38,355 nt of DNA from Chloroflexaceae bacterium (GTDB lineage: Bacteria > Cyanobacteriota > Cyanobacteriia > Cyanobacteriales > JAAUTE01): positions 1 through 38,355 of the forward strand of contig JAAUTE010000002.1 in assembly GCA_012031815.1 (NCBI GenBank), in the 5' to 3' direction. Positions within the stretch are counted from its first letter, which is position 1. Each line of letters starts with the position of its first letter. Both the position numbers and the translations under genes were made by a program. Shown in pieces: positions 18,919 through 28,185 of the stretch. The notes beneath the pieces are model-generated. The model was not told the origin of the DNA. It ran no database searches and saw only the letters and a program-made list of their open reading frames with translations.

Positions 18919-19865
18919 CTATTTTACCGCGCTGACATTGGGGTGAGGCGGGGGAATCTCGTACCAATGGGAGAGATCGCGCTGAATGAGCGCCCCTAAA
19001 CGCACAATTTCCGGCTTAAATTCCTGTAGGAGCTGATAGCGTAGGGTTGGCTCCAGGGGAGGACGGGGGGCAAATTCAGTATTGAGCTGTTTGAGTCGGT
19101 TTTGACCCTTGCCAACAGCGATCGCCGTAGGGACTGGGGTAGAGGCAATAAATATTTTCCGAGGGCTAGCACTTTAGCGGGGGGGTACTTGAGTAAAGTC
19201 TGGAGAAAAGAGCTGCGGACTTTTTTATTAGAATTGACGGGATTAAACTCCGTTGTAAAATCTGGATTAACGCCCAAAAAAGTCAGGGTCTCTCGAAAGA
19301 TGGGGCTGATATTACGGCTAAAGTCTTCAAATAAAATAAAGTGAATTTGCTCGCGGCTAAAAATATCAAGATAGCGCTGGATTTGCACCGAGAAGGTCGC
19401 CTTATCCCGATAAAATAAAACCTTGGGATCGCGGCAGCGATCGGGGATGTGACGCCCTTGTTTCCGTTCTGTCTCCAGGTCTAAAGCCGTTTTAAAATCT
19501 GGAACCGTTTCGCTCGATCCGTTAAACAACAGTTGACTGTGGTAAGAATACATCATGGAAACAGGATCGCGCAGCATAATAATAATTTTCGCTGCTGGCT
19601 CAAACTCATAAATGCCTTGGGCTGCCACTTCTGAATACAGGTAAGTCGGCGTTCCCTCCCCGCAGAGCTTGGCTTCCCCCTCGGCAAAAAAAGCCAAATA
19701 ATCCGCCAGTGAATTAGCGGGTTTAGATGTCTTCAAATCAGTATCGAAATAGTGCAATTCTTTGAGGGGCGGAAGATAAATCTCAGGGTGGCAGCTCAAA
19801 TAACGACACAGAGCAGTGGTTCCACATTTAGCAGCGCCGACAATGAAAAAACTGGGCTTGGGCAT
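18919..19865 (-). CDS. Sulfotransferase family protein; frameshift at 19100-19103 (A4 on the coding strand)
   Basis: PAPS 5'-phosphosulfate loop [12 protein letters not shown] after MPKPS (ATG 19865). The last ~60 aa are in another frame: [58 protein letters not shown], ending at TAG 18919-18921. The track ORF tail ([17 protein letters not shown]...) is the out-of-frame reading. Confidence 0.8.
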
Positions 19866-19947
19866 GAGGGACTCCTGGGCTTGGCAGCAATCCATAGCCT
19901 AGAATACCCCCAAATCAGCCAGGATTCACTCTCCACAGCCTAGGCGG

Positions 19948-22767
19948 TCAGTTCGGTTCTGGTTTGGGGTTTGTCGGTTGCGATCGCGACCATCGGGCGA
20001 AACTAGCGGCTAGTTCAGCTAAGGCAGCGACCAATTGGGGGGAAACCTCCAAACTCCCAGAGCGCAGGTGTAAATCCCGCTGAGGAAAGGGAACGTGCAG
20101 CTCGTGCTGGCGCAACAGGGCTTCAATGGCAAAATACAGGTCACTTTTGATCTGAAACTGCTTGCGGGGTTCGCCGATCCACACCAACAGGTCAAAATTC
20201 AAAGCATTTTCCCCAAATCCCAGGAAAAATACCCTTGGCGAGGGCGCGCTTAGCACATCCTTTTGTTCCCTCGCCGCTGCCAGCAAAACCGATCGTACCG
20301 TATTGGGATTAGAACCATAGGCAACCCCCACCGGAATTCGTAGGCGGGACACGGAGGTATTGTGGCTCCAATTAATTACTTCTGCTTCGAGAAAGCGAGA
20401 ATTTGGCAAGATCACTGAAATATGATCAAGAGTGCGGATTTCGGTGCTGCGGACGCTAATACGCTCCACCGTTCCCATCAAACCGCCCACTTCCACAAAA
20501 TCTCCCACCTGAATCGGGCGCTCAAACATCAACACCAAGCCACTGACAAACTCCTTGGCAATGCCCTGGATGCCCAAACCAATCCCCACCCCCAGCACCC
20601 CGGCAAACACCGTCAGGGAACTGATGTCCAGGCCCCACAATTGCAGGAGTACGATCGCCCCAATCAGAATAAACGTGTAGTTAGCAATAATAGCAATGGT
20701 TTCCTGCGCCGCCCGACTCAGGCCCGTCAAGCGCAGAATGCGGGACTGCAATCCTTTTTTCAGGCTCCGGGCTGCAACAATCAACGCCGCCAATAAGGCC
20801 AGCAACAGGATCAAATCCAGCACCGAATAGGCACTGTCTCCCAGGGAAAACAGGTCAGAAAAGAGACTATTAACGACTATATCAACAAAAAAGCGGCTCC
20901 ATTGACGGGTTTGCGGGAATAACTCCAAAATCGACACCAGCACGCTCAGCCACACCCCGGCTCGTCCCAAAGTTAACAGCACCCGCGCTCCCGTTTCTGC
21001 CTGGATCGGCTGTTGAGCTGCGGTTTGTAATCCCACCGTTACCGGCTCCTCGCCAGACACCGGCTCCGATTCCCAACGGGGTTTTAACCAGCGATGCCAC
21101 AACCAGCCCAACCCCCAACTGGCTGCGATCGCCAATCCTGCGTACACCAGAGATAGCACCAGCGCCTGGATCAAGTAATCCGGCTGACGTTCCCGCTCCG
21201 CCTGGGCGAGGGCAGTTTGCAAGGTTTGAACCCAAATTTCCGCCTGCTCCTGCACCGTTCGGCCTTGGGGCGCATCTTCTGCGGTTACCGAAAGGAGATG
21301 GGCATTGCCATTGAGGCGAATCACTGGAATTTCCTGGGAATAATCTACCCTCACCGCTGGCGATAGCGGCAACTCCCGTAGAGTCTCTCGGAGAAGACGG
21401 TTCGCTTCCTCTGCCCGCTGTTTGGCACTGTACTCCCCCGACTGACTGACGTTAAAGATTCGGCGGCCATCGACAACAATAGGCGCACTGTCCCGGAATT
21501 GAGCCAATGCGACCAGAGGACTCGCCAGCAGCAAACAAAGCATTCCCCAGCATAGCCAGCGCCACACCAACCCGCAAAACCGCCCCTTCATAGACTCAGA
21601 AAACTGCTCTAAATTTTGGGCAGAAACGGGTTTCGGCGACTCTGGCTCAGGGATTAACTCTCCCAAGCGATTTGGGACAACCGCATTGCCGCCCGCAGCC
21701 AGTGCCTGCTGTTCCGCCAACAGCTTCGGTTCCAGGTACAAATTTTCCAGGAGTACTGACACCCCCGCAACCCAGGGTGGGACAATCAACGCGCCAATAA
21801 TGCCCAACACCTGGGCCCCGCCTAGAACGGCCAACAATTGATACAGCGGCGCGACCCGGACGGAAGACCCCACCAGCAAGGGATCGAGGACGTAGGTTTC
21901 CACGTTTTGAATAATTACAAACAGCAGCAGCACCCAGGCAAACGTCCACCCGCCCTGAGCCACCGCCACAATCAGCGCCGGGACGGCTCCCAATACCGGG
22001 CCAAAAAAGGGAATCAGGTTCGTAAACCCGGCAATGACGCCCAAACCCAACGCCAACTCCGAAATTCCCAATATCCGCAACCCTAAGGTCACAGCGATCG
22101 CCAAAATCCCGGACACCAAGAGACGACCTTGAATATACCCACCCATGCGGCGGCTCACCGGCAATACCTGGGCTGCCAGCCGCCGATCCCAAGGGTAGGG
22201 AAACAAACTCACGAGTCCCGGCAACAAACGCTGGGAGCCAGACAGCATGTATCCAGACAGCAATACCGCCAGAAATAGATTAAAAACGCCTCCCACGAGT
22301 CCCCGCGTCACCCCTAGGGACTGCAACAAAAGCTGCTGGCTAGAAGCCAGGGCCCAAGCCACCAGAGCCTGTAAATCGAAATACTGATTGAGCAGCGCCA
22401 GGGATTCCGGTTCGTTGATCCCAAAGCGAATTACCAGGGCTTGGCTCAGTTGCGCTAACACTTCCAGATAACCAGGCAGCGCCCGCACCAAGCGCTCAAT
22501 TTGCTCTACCACGGTCGGGCCAATCAGCACACCCGCGCCAGTTAGCAGGGCAATAATGCTTAAATAGACGAGAATAACGGCTAACCAGCGAGGAATTTTG
22601 AGTTTCTCCGCTTTTTCCACAACTGGAGCCAGTGTAGCCGCCAAGATTACTGCGATCATGCAAGTCAACAGTAGACTTCGCAACTGCCACAGTAGAATTA
22701 CCCCAAAGACCACTGCTAGGAGCAGCAGAAGACTCGTTAAAGGAAGAAAGATGCGCCGCTCAGTCAT
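19948..22767 (-). CDS. Single 939-aa ORF combining an AI-2E (PerM/UPF0118) transporter module (aa 1-~350) and an MscS-family mechanosensitive channel module (aa ~393-939)
   Basis: N-terminal part: multiple TM segments and GLGVIAGFTNLIPFFGPVLGAVPALIVA, typical of AI-2E. From internal ATG 21591: a signal-like MKGRFCGLVWRWLCWGMLCLLLASPLVALAQ, a periplasmic-type domain, TM segments, then the MscS core FERPIQVGDFVEVGGLMGTVERISVRSTEIRTLDHISVILPNS. No stop codon separates the two in this assembly. Confidence 0.75.
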   Translation of the reverse strand: MTERRIFLPLTSLLLLLAVVFGVILLWQLRSLLLTCMIAVILAATLAPVVEKAEKLKIPRWLAVILVYLSIIALLTGAGVLIGPTVVEQIERLVRALPGYLEVLAQLSQALVIRFGINEPESLALLNQYFDLQALVAWALASSQQLLLQSLGVTRGLVGGVFNLFLAVLLSGYMLSGSQRLLPGLVSLFPYPWDRRLAAQVLPVSRRMGGYIQGRLLVSGILAIAVTLGLRILGISELALGLGVIAGFTNLIPFFGPVLGAVPALIVAVAQGGWTFAWVLLLFVIIQNVETYVLDPLLVGSSVRVAPLYQLLAVLGGAQVLGIIGALIVPPWVAGVSVLLENLYLEPKLLAEQQALAAGGNAVVPNRLGELIPEPESPKPVSAQNLEQFSESMKGRFCGLVWRWLCWGMLCLLLASPLVALAQFRDSAPIVVDGRRIFNVSQSGEYSAKQRAEEANRLLRETLRELPLSPAVRVDYSQEIPVIRLNGNAHLLSVTAEDAPQGRTVQEQAEIWVQTLQTALAQAERERQPDYLIQALVLSLVYAGLAIAASWGLGWLWHRWLKPRWESEPVSGEEPVTVGLQTAAQQPIQAETGARVLLTLGRAGVWLSVLVSILELFPQTRQWSRFFVDIVVNSLFSDLFSLGDSAYSVLDLILLLALLAALIVAARSLKKGLQSRILRLTGLSRAAQETIAIIANYTFILIGAIVLLQLWGLDISSLTVFAGVLGVGIGLGIQGIAKEFVSGLVLMFERPIQVGDFVEVGGLMGTVERISVRSTEIRTLDHISVILPNSRFLEAEVINWSHNTSVSRLRIPVGVAYGSNPNTVRSVLLAAAREQKDVLSAPSPRVFFLGFGENALNFDLLVWIGEPRKQFQIKSDLYFAIEALLRQHELHVPFPQRDLHLRSGSLEVSPQLVAALAELAASFARWSRSQPTNPKPEPN

Positions 22768-23035
22768 TTATTGTCTTTAACCACCGTTCTGTTGTCCAGT
22801 CTAGCGATTCCGGTTTCTGGCTCCGGTTAATCCCTATGGGTTGAACTGGGGAAAACTGACCCTTGAGCCGCCAGAGTTGGTGAATTTTTCCGAAACGTTG
22901 CTTGCAGGGGATGAAGCTAGGGTTAATAGCCAAGAGCGAGATAAATTCAGGTTTAGTTACCTCAAATACTTTCGCAATAGTAGTAAACCTCACTTCTAAC
23001 TGACTCCCGCCGCTGAAGGTAGGCGATCGCCCCAT
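22760..23035 (-). CDS. Hypothetical 91-aa ORF (weak)
   Basis: It is the only long ORF in a ~660-bp poorly coding gap. The stretch LEVRFTTIAKVFEVTKPEFISLL faintly resembles the C-terminal half of an XRE-type HTH. It overlaps the start of the AI-2E/MscS gene by 8 nt. I recognise no family. Confidence 0.25.
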   Translation of the reverse strand: MGRSPTFSGGSQLEVRFTTIAKVFEVTKPEFISLLAINPSFIPCKQRFGKIHQLWRLKGQFSPVQPIGINRSQKPESLDWTTERWLKTIND

Positions 23036-23429
23036 TGCGGCTTTGCACTTTCAATCATAAGATAGACCCAATTCGTAGCAACAGAGCTATTTTTCTGGAA
23101 ATGCAGGAGATAGTATCCCAAGCAAAGCTATTCTGACCGAGAGCATGAACATTCTTTTTTTGGCACTTATTTACATGGCTAGCTTCCTGTCGGTGTTTTC
23201 GACCGCGCCGAACCTGAATTAATTCCAGGGGGCAGCTTGATTGCTCAACGGGGCGCACAGCAGCGATCGCTAACCCGGAACCGGGAACGGCTCATCCCCC
23301 TGTCAAGCCCGCTCCTTCTTTCTAAACCCGTTTGCCGGGGGCTAACCGATGAAAGAGCTGCTGGTTGGGTGGATTTGCCCCCTTAGTAAAAATCTTTTGA
23401 TATTCAACCAAATCCTTGAGCTTACGACC

Positions 23430-24062
23430 ATGTTCAATTGTCCTGTATTCTTTCTCGCCGGCCTTGCTGTTCTCCTGGGTACAGACGCTGCCCTCAGTCA
23501 GTCGATTCCTCAACCCCTAGACCCTCCCCTGGAAGCAACGCCATCCATTCAATTTTCCTGTGTTGTTGAGGGTGGATTGCCTACTACCCAGGCGCGTAAC
23601 CCCCTTACCGATCGCACCCTGTCCGTCATTCGCTGGCAGTCTCAATATTTCTCCAATTCGGGATTTGACAATACAAGGCGCTGTCAGATCGTAGCTTCTC
23701 GGTTTCAAGCGGCTTACGACGAAGGGCGCTTGAATTACATTACCGCAGGCGTGGTCAATCGCTTGCCCGTCATTTGCGCCACAACGAATCAAGACACCTG
23801 CGACAGCACGAATATTTTATTCACCCTGGAGCCATCCCATAATCCCGCTCAAACCCTACAGGACTTGTTTGAAGTGCGTCACTACAGCGCTCCGCCCCTA
23901 GTCAGGGGAGGGACGCCTCGCTACCCCTACATTAACGTTGGGGAAGTGCTGGCCCCCCTTGGCGAGCAGAATTGGCGATCGCCCAATTCCCAACCAAACC
24001 CTGCCGCCCAACCGGCTTCCTCCTCCCAGGTTCCCGTGCCGAAGCTGAATCCTTGGTTTTAA
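23430..24062 (+). CDS. COP23 (circadian oscillating protein 23) family secreted protein
   Basis: Signal peptide MFNCPVFFLAGLAVLLGTDAALSQS, then FSCVVEGGLPTTQARNP...VIRWQSQYFSNSGFDNTRRCQIVASRFQ...NRLPVICAT...CDSTNILFTLEP. This matches my memory of the COP23 domain. ATG 23430 is preferred to the track start 23349. Confidence 0.65.
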   Translation: MFNCPVFFLAGLAVLLGTDAALSQSIPQPLDPPLEATPSIQFSCVVEGGLPTTQARNPLTDRTLSVIRWQSQYFSNSGFDNTRRCQIVASRFQAAYDEGRLNYITAGVVNRLPVICATTNQDTCDSTNILFTLEPSHNPAQTLQDLFEVRHYSAPPLVRGGTPRYPYINVGEVLAPLGEQNWRSPNSQPNPAAQPASSSQVPVPKLNPWF

Positions 24063-24096
24063 GCGGTATTTTTCAGGAATGTAACGGCTTTTTGCC

Positions 24097-24130
24097 ACGG
24101 CCTAGTTCATTTTTGGAGCTAGGCCGTTTT
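24097..24130 (+). terminator. Rho-independent terminator after the COP23 gene
   Basis: ACGGCCTAG-13 nt-CTAGGCCGT forms a perfect 9-bp stem (24097-24127) followed by TTTGATTT. It abuts the stop codon of the convergent hydrolase gene (24134). Confidence 0.7.
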
Positions 24131-24133
24131 GAT

Positions 24134-25354
24134 TTAGTAATTCCAGCGGATAAGGCGGTTGGGGCCGGGGCGCAGATCGACGTGGACAAAGCCTTTGCGT
24201 GCGCCATAGCCCAGGGCCTTGTCTTTCCAGGCAGCTTTATCTAACCATTCTTGAAACTGGGGCAGATTTCCCTTGGCAGGATGAATATCGGCGGCTATGC
24301 CGAGAATGTGCTGGGAATTCTCCGCTCCACCTACCGCCTGATTGATAGCGCGGGGCCGATACCAAGAAGTCACCAAAATGGGAGACCCCCAGGCTTCTCG
24401 AACGCGATCCAACTCCTGGGCCAGGCTAACAATGTTGGCTTTGATGGCGTCATCCTGGGGAATGCGTCGAGGGTCGCCGTTGGTAACCTCTCGCACGGTA
24501 AAGTATTTCGAGACGGAGGCGTTGAAATCATTCCAGTTGACTTGCTGCCAGGTTTCCGGGATTGCCTGCACGCTATTATTTTCGGCGTTGAGGACTTTTT
24601 TCGCCCGCTCCCAAAACTCCAGGCGATCGCTTTGGCCGTTGAGACCGCCGTTGATGCGGCGCGTTACCGCTGCAAAATCGCCCCGCTCAGCAACAGCGTT
24701 AATGTTGCGAGACTGCCAATACCAACCCGCGATCGCCGCATTGATGTAGGGGTCTCTGACCACCAATTCGGGCTGGTCTTCTAGGGGCAATTTCATGGCT
24801 TCACCAGCCTGACGATAATTGGCCCGTCCGGTGAGTTGAATTAGCCCACGGCCCTTGTAGCGCCTGCCATCACCGGGTTTAATGTTGCCCAGGTCTAATC
24901 TGCCTTCGTAGGCGCTGCCGTCCGCGATTTCTTCTTTGTATTTGAGGGAACCGCTTTCGTGGGCCACCTGGGCAATGAAGGCGGCGGCTCTGGTTTTGGT
25001 ATCTAAATCGAAGTCGTAGAGGGTTTTGTTGATGGGTTCGACATAGGTTCTAATATCGGCGCTGGACGCCTGGGGCATGATGGTTTTAAGGTCGGCTTCT
25101 GTGAACATCCGCATAGGTTCATCGTCGGACTCCTCGCCATCCTCCCAAGACAACCGCCAATGTCCCGACCAGATGTACCAAATTCCCGCTCCAAAGTCTA
25201 ATTCAACCTTGTAGTGACCGCCTTCGGCCTCTTCATAGCTCACGACGGCATATTCTTGACCAGCAGGCACTTCCTTGAGCTGTTCAGGGGATGATTCTGA
25301 CGATTGTTGGGGGCTTTTTTTGAGCAGCGTGGCAACGTCCGCTTTTATGTTCAC
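24134..25354 (-). CDS. Two-catalytic-domain peptidoglycan hydrolase: GH19 lysozyme/chitinase-like domain + peptidase M15A domain
   Basis: GH19: AAFIAQVAHESGSLKYKEEI...YKGRGLIQLTGRANYRQAG...GWYW. M15A: VTSWYRPRAINQAVGGAENSQHILGIAADIHP...GFVHVDLR (H..D...H zinc ligands). The preferred start is GTG 25354, 7 nt after AGGAG. The track ORF begins at GTG 25447. Confidence 0.85.
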   Translation of the reverse strand: MNIKADVATLLKKSPQQSSESSPEQLKEVPAGQEYAVVSYEEAEGGHYKVELDFGAGIWYIWSGHWRLSWEDGEESDDEPMRMFTEADLKTIMPQASSADIRTYVEPINKTLYDFDLDTKTRAAAFIAQVAHESGSLKYKEEIADGSAYEGRLDLGNIKPGDGRRYKGRGLIQLTGRANYRQAGEAMKLPLEDQPELVVRDPYINAAIAGWYWQSRNINAVAERGDFAAVTRRINGGLNGQSDRLEFWERAKKVLNAENNSVQAIPETWQQVNWNDFNASVSKYFTVREVTNGDPRRIPQDDAIKANIVSLAQELDRVREAWGSPILVTSWYRPRAINQAVGGAENSQHILGIAADIHPAKGNLPQFQEWLDKAAWKDKALGYGARKGFVHVDLRPGPNRLIRWNY

Positions 25355-25563
25355 TGGCTTACTCCTAGGATTGATAATCCGGTAGTTGAGGGCGGCAGCT
25401 TGGGCACATGACCAGTCCCGCTCATCCTGACGCCCTTTCTTCTCCACACGAATAGGGACGAATTCCCGATGATGTCCCCAATCATCGACGATCGCGGCGG
25501 AGATTGACGCTTTCAGGATTCAACCAGATTTGCCAGAGAAAAAAAGCTGGATGGATGGCAAGT

Positions 25564-26343
25564 TCATTTAAAGCGCAGGAGCTGAACGCGGTAGCGTCCT
25601 TTTTTGGTGACGCTGACCTCCCCGACTTCCAGGCGGCCCTTGCCAGTAACCGCGATTAAATCCCCGGATTGAAGGGTGTGGCTCGCTTGGGTAATCTCTT
25701 TCCAGTTCACGCGCACGTCCCCGGACTGAATGGCCTCGGCCATTTTGCTGCGGGACATCCCCAACCCCGCAGAGGCGATCGCATCCAGGCGGAGGGAGGC
25801 TTCTACGGTGGTTAATTCCTTGGTTTGGGGCGGTTGAACGCGCAATTCGCTTAAATCTAGAGGCCGCACCTTAACTGGAACAGTGCGGACTTGATTCAAG
25901 GAGAATTGCAGAAATTCCACCAGTTCCGGCACAACTAAAACCTGTGCGCCCCGTTCTCCTAAGACGATAATGTCGCCAATTTTTTCCCGAACCACTCCTG
26001 TGCCCAGAATTGCCCCTAAAAAATCCCGATGGCTGGCCGGATCGAAGAGAAAATTACCTTCAATATTCAAAGCGGCGATCGCAATTTGGGAGAGATCGAG
26101 GGGCACTTCTTGGCGAGCCATACCGAGGCGCTGGCGTTCTGCTTGGGGATAACCGCCCCAAGGGAGGAGTTCAACCTCGGTGAGACGATTAAAAATGGTT
26201 TTCGCGGCAATGAGGACAGGCGGCGGGCAAAAATCCGTTAAAGCAACTTCCCAGGTACGCAGGGCTTGTTCGGCCTTGTCCAGGAGGCGAGCCATGATTT
26301 CTCGGTTTTCGACGCCTTTGAGTAACTCTTCTCTAGGTAGCAT
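25564..26343 (-). CDS. Photosystem II S4 domain protein (YlmH-like RNA-binding S4 protein)
   Basis: From ATG 26343: MLPREELLKGVENREIMARLLDKAEQALRTWE..., with a C-terminal S4 motif LRLDAIASAGLGMSRSKMAEAIQSGDVRVNWKE. The family name is from memory of the cyanobacterial TIGR03069-type proteins. Confidence 0.7.
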   Translation of the reverse strand: MLPREELLKGVENREIMARLLDKAEQALRTWEVALTDFCPPPVLIAAKTIFNRLTEVELLPWGGYPQAERQRLGMARQEVPLDLSQIAIAALNIEGNFLFDPASHRDFLGAILGTGVVREKIGDIIVLGERGAQVLVVPELVEFLQFSLNQVRTVPVKVRPLDLSELRVQPPQTKELTTVEASLRLDAIASAGLGMSRSKMAEAIQSGDVRVNWKEITQASHTLQSGDLIAVTGKGRLEVGEVSVTKKGRYRVQLLRFK

Positions 26344-26498
26344 GAAATTGGTTGTCAGCGCTGAAGGGTGAGGCCAAGGGTGAGCGCAACACAAGTTCCT
26401 CTTGACAAACTATAGAAACTTTTAACTCACGCTGCATTTTCTGACTCCACCCGCTAAATTTTGGGGTAAAAACCCATCTTCCCACCGTCCTTGAGCAA

Positions 26499-28154
26499 TT
26501 ACTGTCCTTGCAGCAAGGCTCTGGTTTCCGATTGTCCAGCCAGGCGGAGCTGTCGGGTCATCTGCACACTCACCAGGGTAATCACCAGCCACTGTCCGAG
26601 TAAGGCAAAGGCCATGGTTGTCACTGAACCGTTATGAGTGGCAACCAAAGGAATAAAAGAAAAGAACATCAACCAGGGAGCCGTGCTAGTAGCCCAACCG
26701 ATGAATAACGACCCTATCAAAGGAATAACGGCCAAAAATCCGACAGTGGCCGTTGCTATCAGGACGCGCTTGCTGGTTCGCTGCAACAAAATTAACTGCG
26801 CGATCGCCGCGTGGATCAAAATAACCCCCGCGAACAAAACTAGTCCCGACAATAATGCCAGCCGATGCTGACCCAGGGGCCAAATCAAGACAGCGGGGAG
26901 GATGTAGGCTGTTATTAATGCTAAATTCAGGGCGATCGCCAGGGTAGAAGGACTTTTTTCACCCCAAAGCAAGTCTGCTAGCAATCCGCCCCGTCCCTGT
27001 TGATGGCGGTAGCGTGCCCAGTCCCGGAGCGCTTGACGCTGGGGAGACAGCGCCGCCATCAAAATCAGAAATAACATCGCCTGGAACAGCATCACCAGGG
27101 CAAAGTTGCCCAAGAGATAGTCCACCGAACTCACCCTTGGAGGAACGAATCCCAGGGTACTGACCACAAAGAAGCCTGTAATCCAATAACTCTGCTTTTT
27201 GCTCAAAACTGTAGCACCAGGATTGTGAAAGTAGCGTTTTAACCCCTGCCAAACCCAGTAGCTCCACAATCCGCAATTAAGCAACACAAAGGTAATGGTG
27301 CTAGCCCCGTGGGCAAAAATTGCCTGTCCGTACCAGTGAATCTTAGCTAATTCGTTGGCATCCAACGTTCCATTGGCAAGCAGTCCAATGTCGCTCGCGG
27401 GCAAGAAGCTCGCCTTGACTAGATGGGGCAACAAGGTTCCTGGATAGAACAGCCGCAGCCAATCCAGGGCCGTTGGTTCAATAAAATTTAGGGTCGTTAA
27501 AGTCAGAATCGTTAAGAATAACAGTACCGCACCGCTGCCAAGAAAGGCTTGAAAAATACCCAGCTTGTGGCTGACTAAGCCTTCTAACAGGGCTAAACTG
27601 TAGAAAAAGATGCAGCTAGCGGCTAAAATCCCATAAAATTCCACAATTTCCAGTGGTGGGATGCCTCCACTCAGACCCGCCATGAGATGCAAGGGCATGG
27701 CGATGGCGGCGACAACATAAAGTAAAACCGGTGTACCGAGCAGTTTACCCAGGAGAATATTTGAGGCCGATCGAGGACTGTAGCGGACAAAATTGAGAGT
27801 ACCGCGCTGTTCTTCCTGGGCCAGGTCAGCAATTAACAGATAGGTGCCGCCAACGAGCAAAACGAAAATCCCAATTAAGCTCAGATCGACATAGAGATCC
27901 AGCCACCAGAGCTTTAAATTCAGGACTAAATCGCCAAAATCATCGATAAAACAGTTGCCCGTCCCGCCACAGTAGCGGCTGTAATTTCCTGGCTCGGTTG
28001 GTAAGGCTGCCTGATAGAGCAAAACCAGGAACAGTTGCCCGATCGCCGAAAGTCCAGCCGCGATCGCCAATTTCCCATTGGTGAGCCGGCCCTTGAGTTC
28101 GCGAAACAGTTGGGGGTTGCGATCGCCCAACCAATTTAAGAGTGACTCGCCCAT
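26499..28154 (-). CDS. Large polytopic membrane protein, probable ABC-2-type permease partner of the upstream ATPase
   Basis: 551 aa with many hydrophobic segments. The loop motif AQEEQRGTLNFVRYSPRSASNILLGKLLG is typical of ABC-2 permeases. The gene starts 31 nt after the ATPase gene on the same strand. Confidence 0.65.
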   Translation of the reverse strand: MGESLLNWLGDRNPQLFRELKGRLTNGKLAIAAGLSAIGQLFLVLLYQAALPTEPGNYSRYCGGTGNCFIDDFGDLVLNLKLWWLDLYVDLSLIGIFVLLVGGTYLLIADLAQEEQRGTLNFVRYSPRSASNILLGKLLGTPVLLYVVAAIAMPLHLMAGLSGGIPPLEIVEFYGILAASCIFFYSLALLEGLVSHKLGIFQAFLGSGAVLLFLTILTLTTLNFIEPTALDWLRLFYPGTLLPHLVKASFLPASDIGLLANGTLDANELAKIHWYGQAIFAHGASTITFVLLNCGLWSYWVWQGLKRYFHNPGATVLSKKQSYWITGFFVVSTLGFVPPRVSSVDYLLGNFALVMLFQAMLFLILMAALSPQRQALRDWARYRHQQGRGGLLADLLWGEKSPSTLAIALNLALITAYILPAVLIWPLGQHRLALLSGLVLFAGVILIHAAIAQLILLQRTSKRVLIATATVGFLAVIPLIGSLFIGWATSTAPWLMFFSFIPLVATHNGSVTTMAFALLGQWLVITLVSVQMTRQLRLAGQSETRALLQGQ

Positions 28155-28185
28155 GATCTGCCTGTCTCCTGTGAGGTAGTGAGGA

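Noticed and set aside
24134-25447. The GH19/M15 hydrolase as evidence of a prophage or phage remnant
   Set aside because: No holin, capsid, portal, tail, terminase, integrase or att-like repeats are recognisable within several kb on either side. The neighbours are ordinary cyanobacterial genes.
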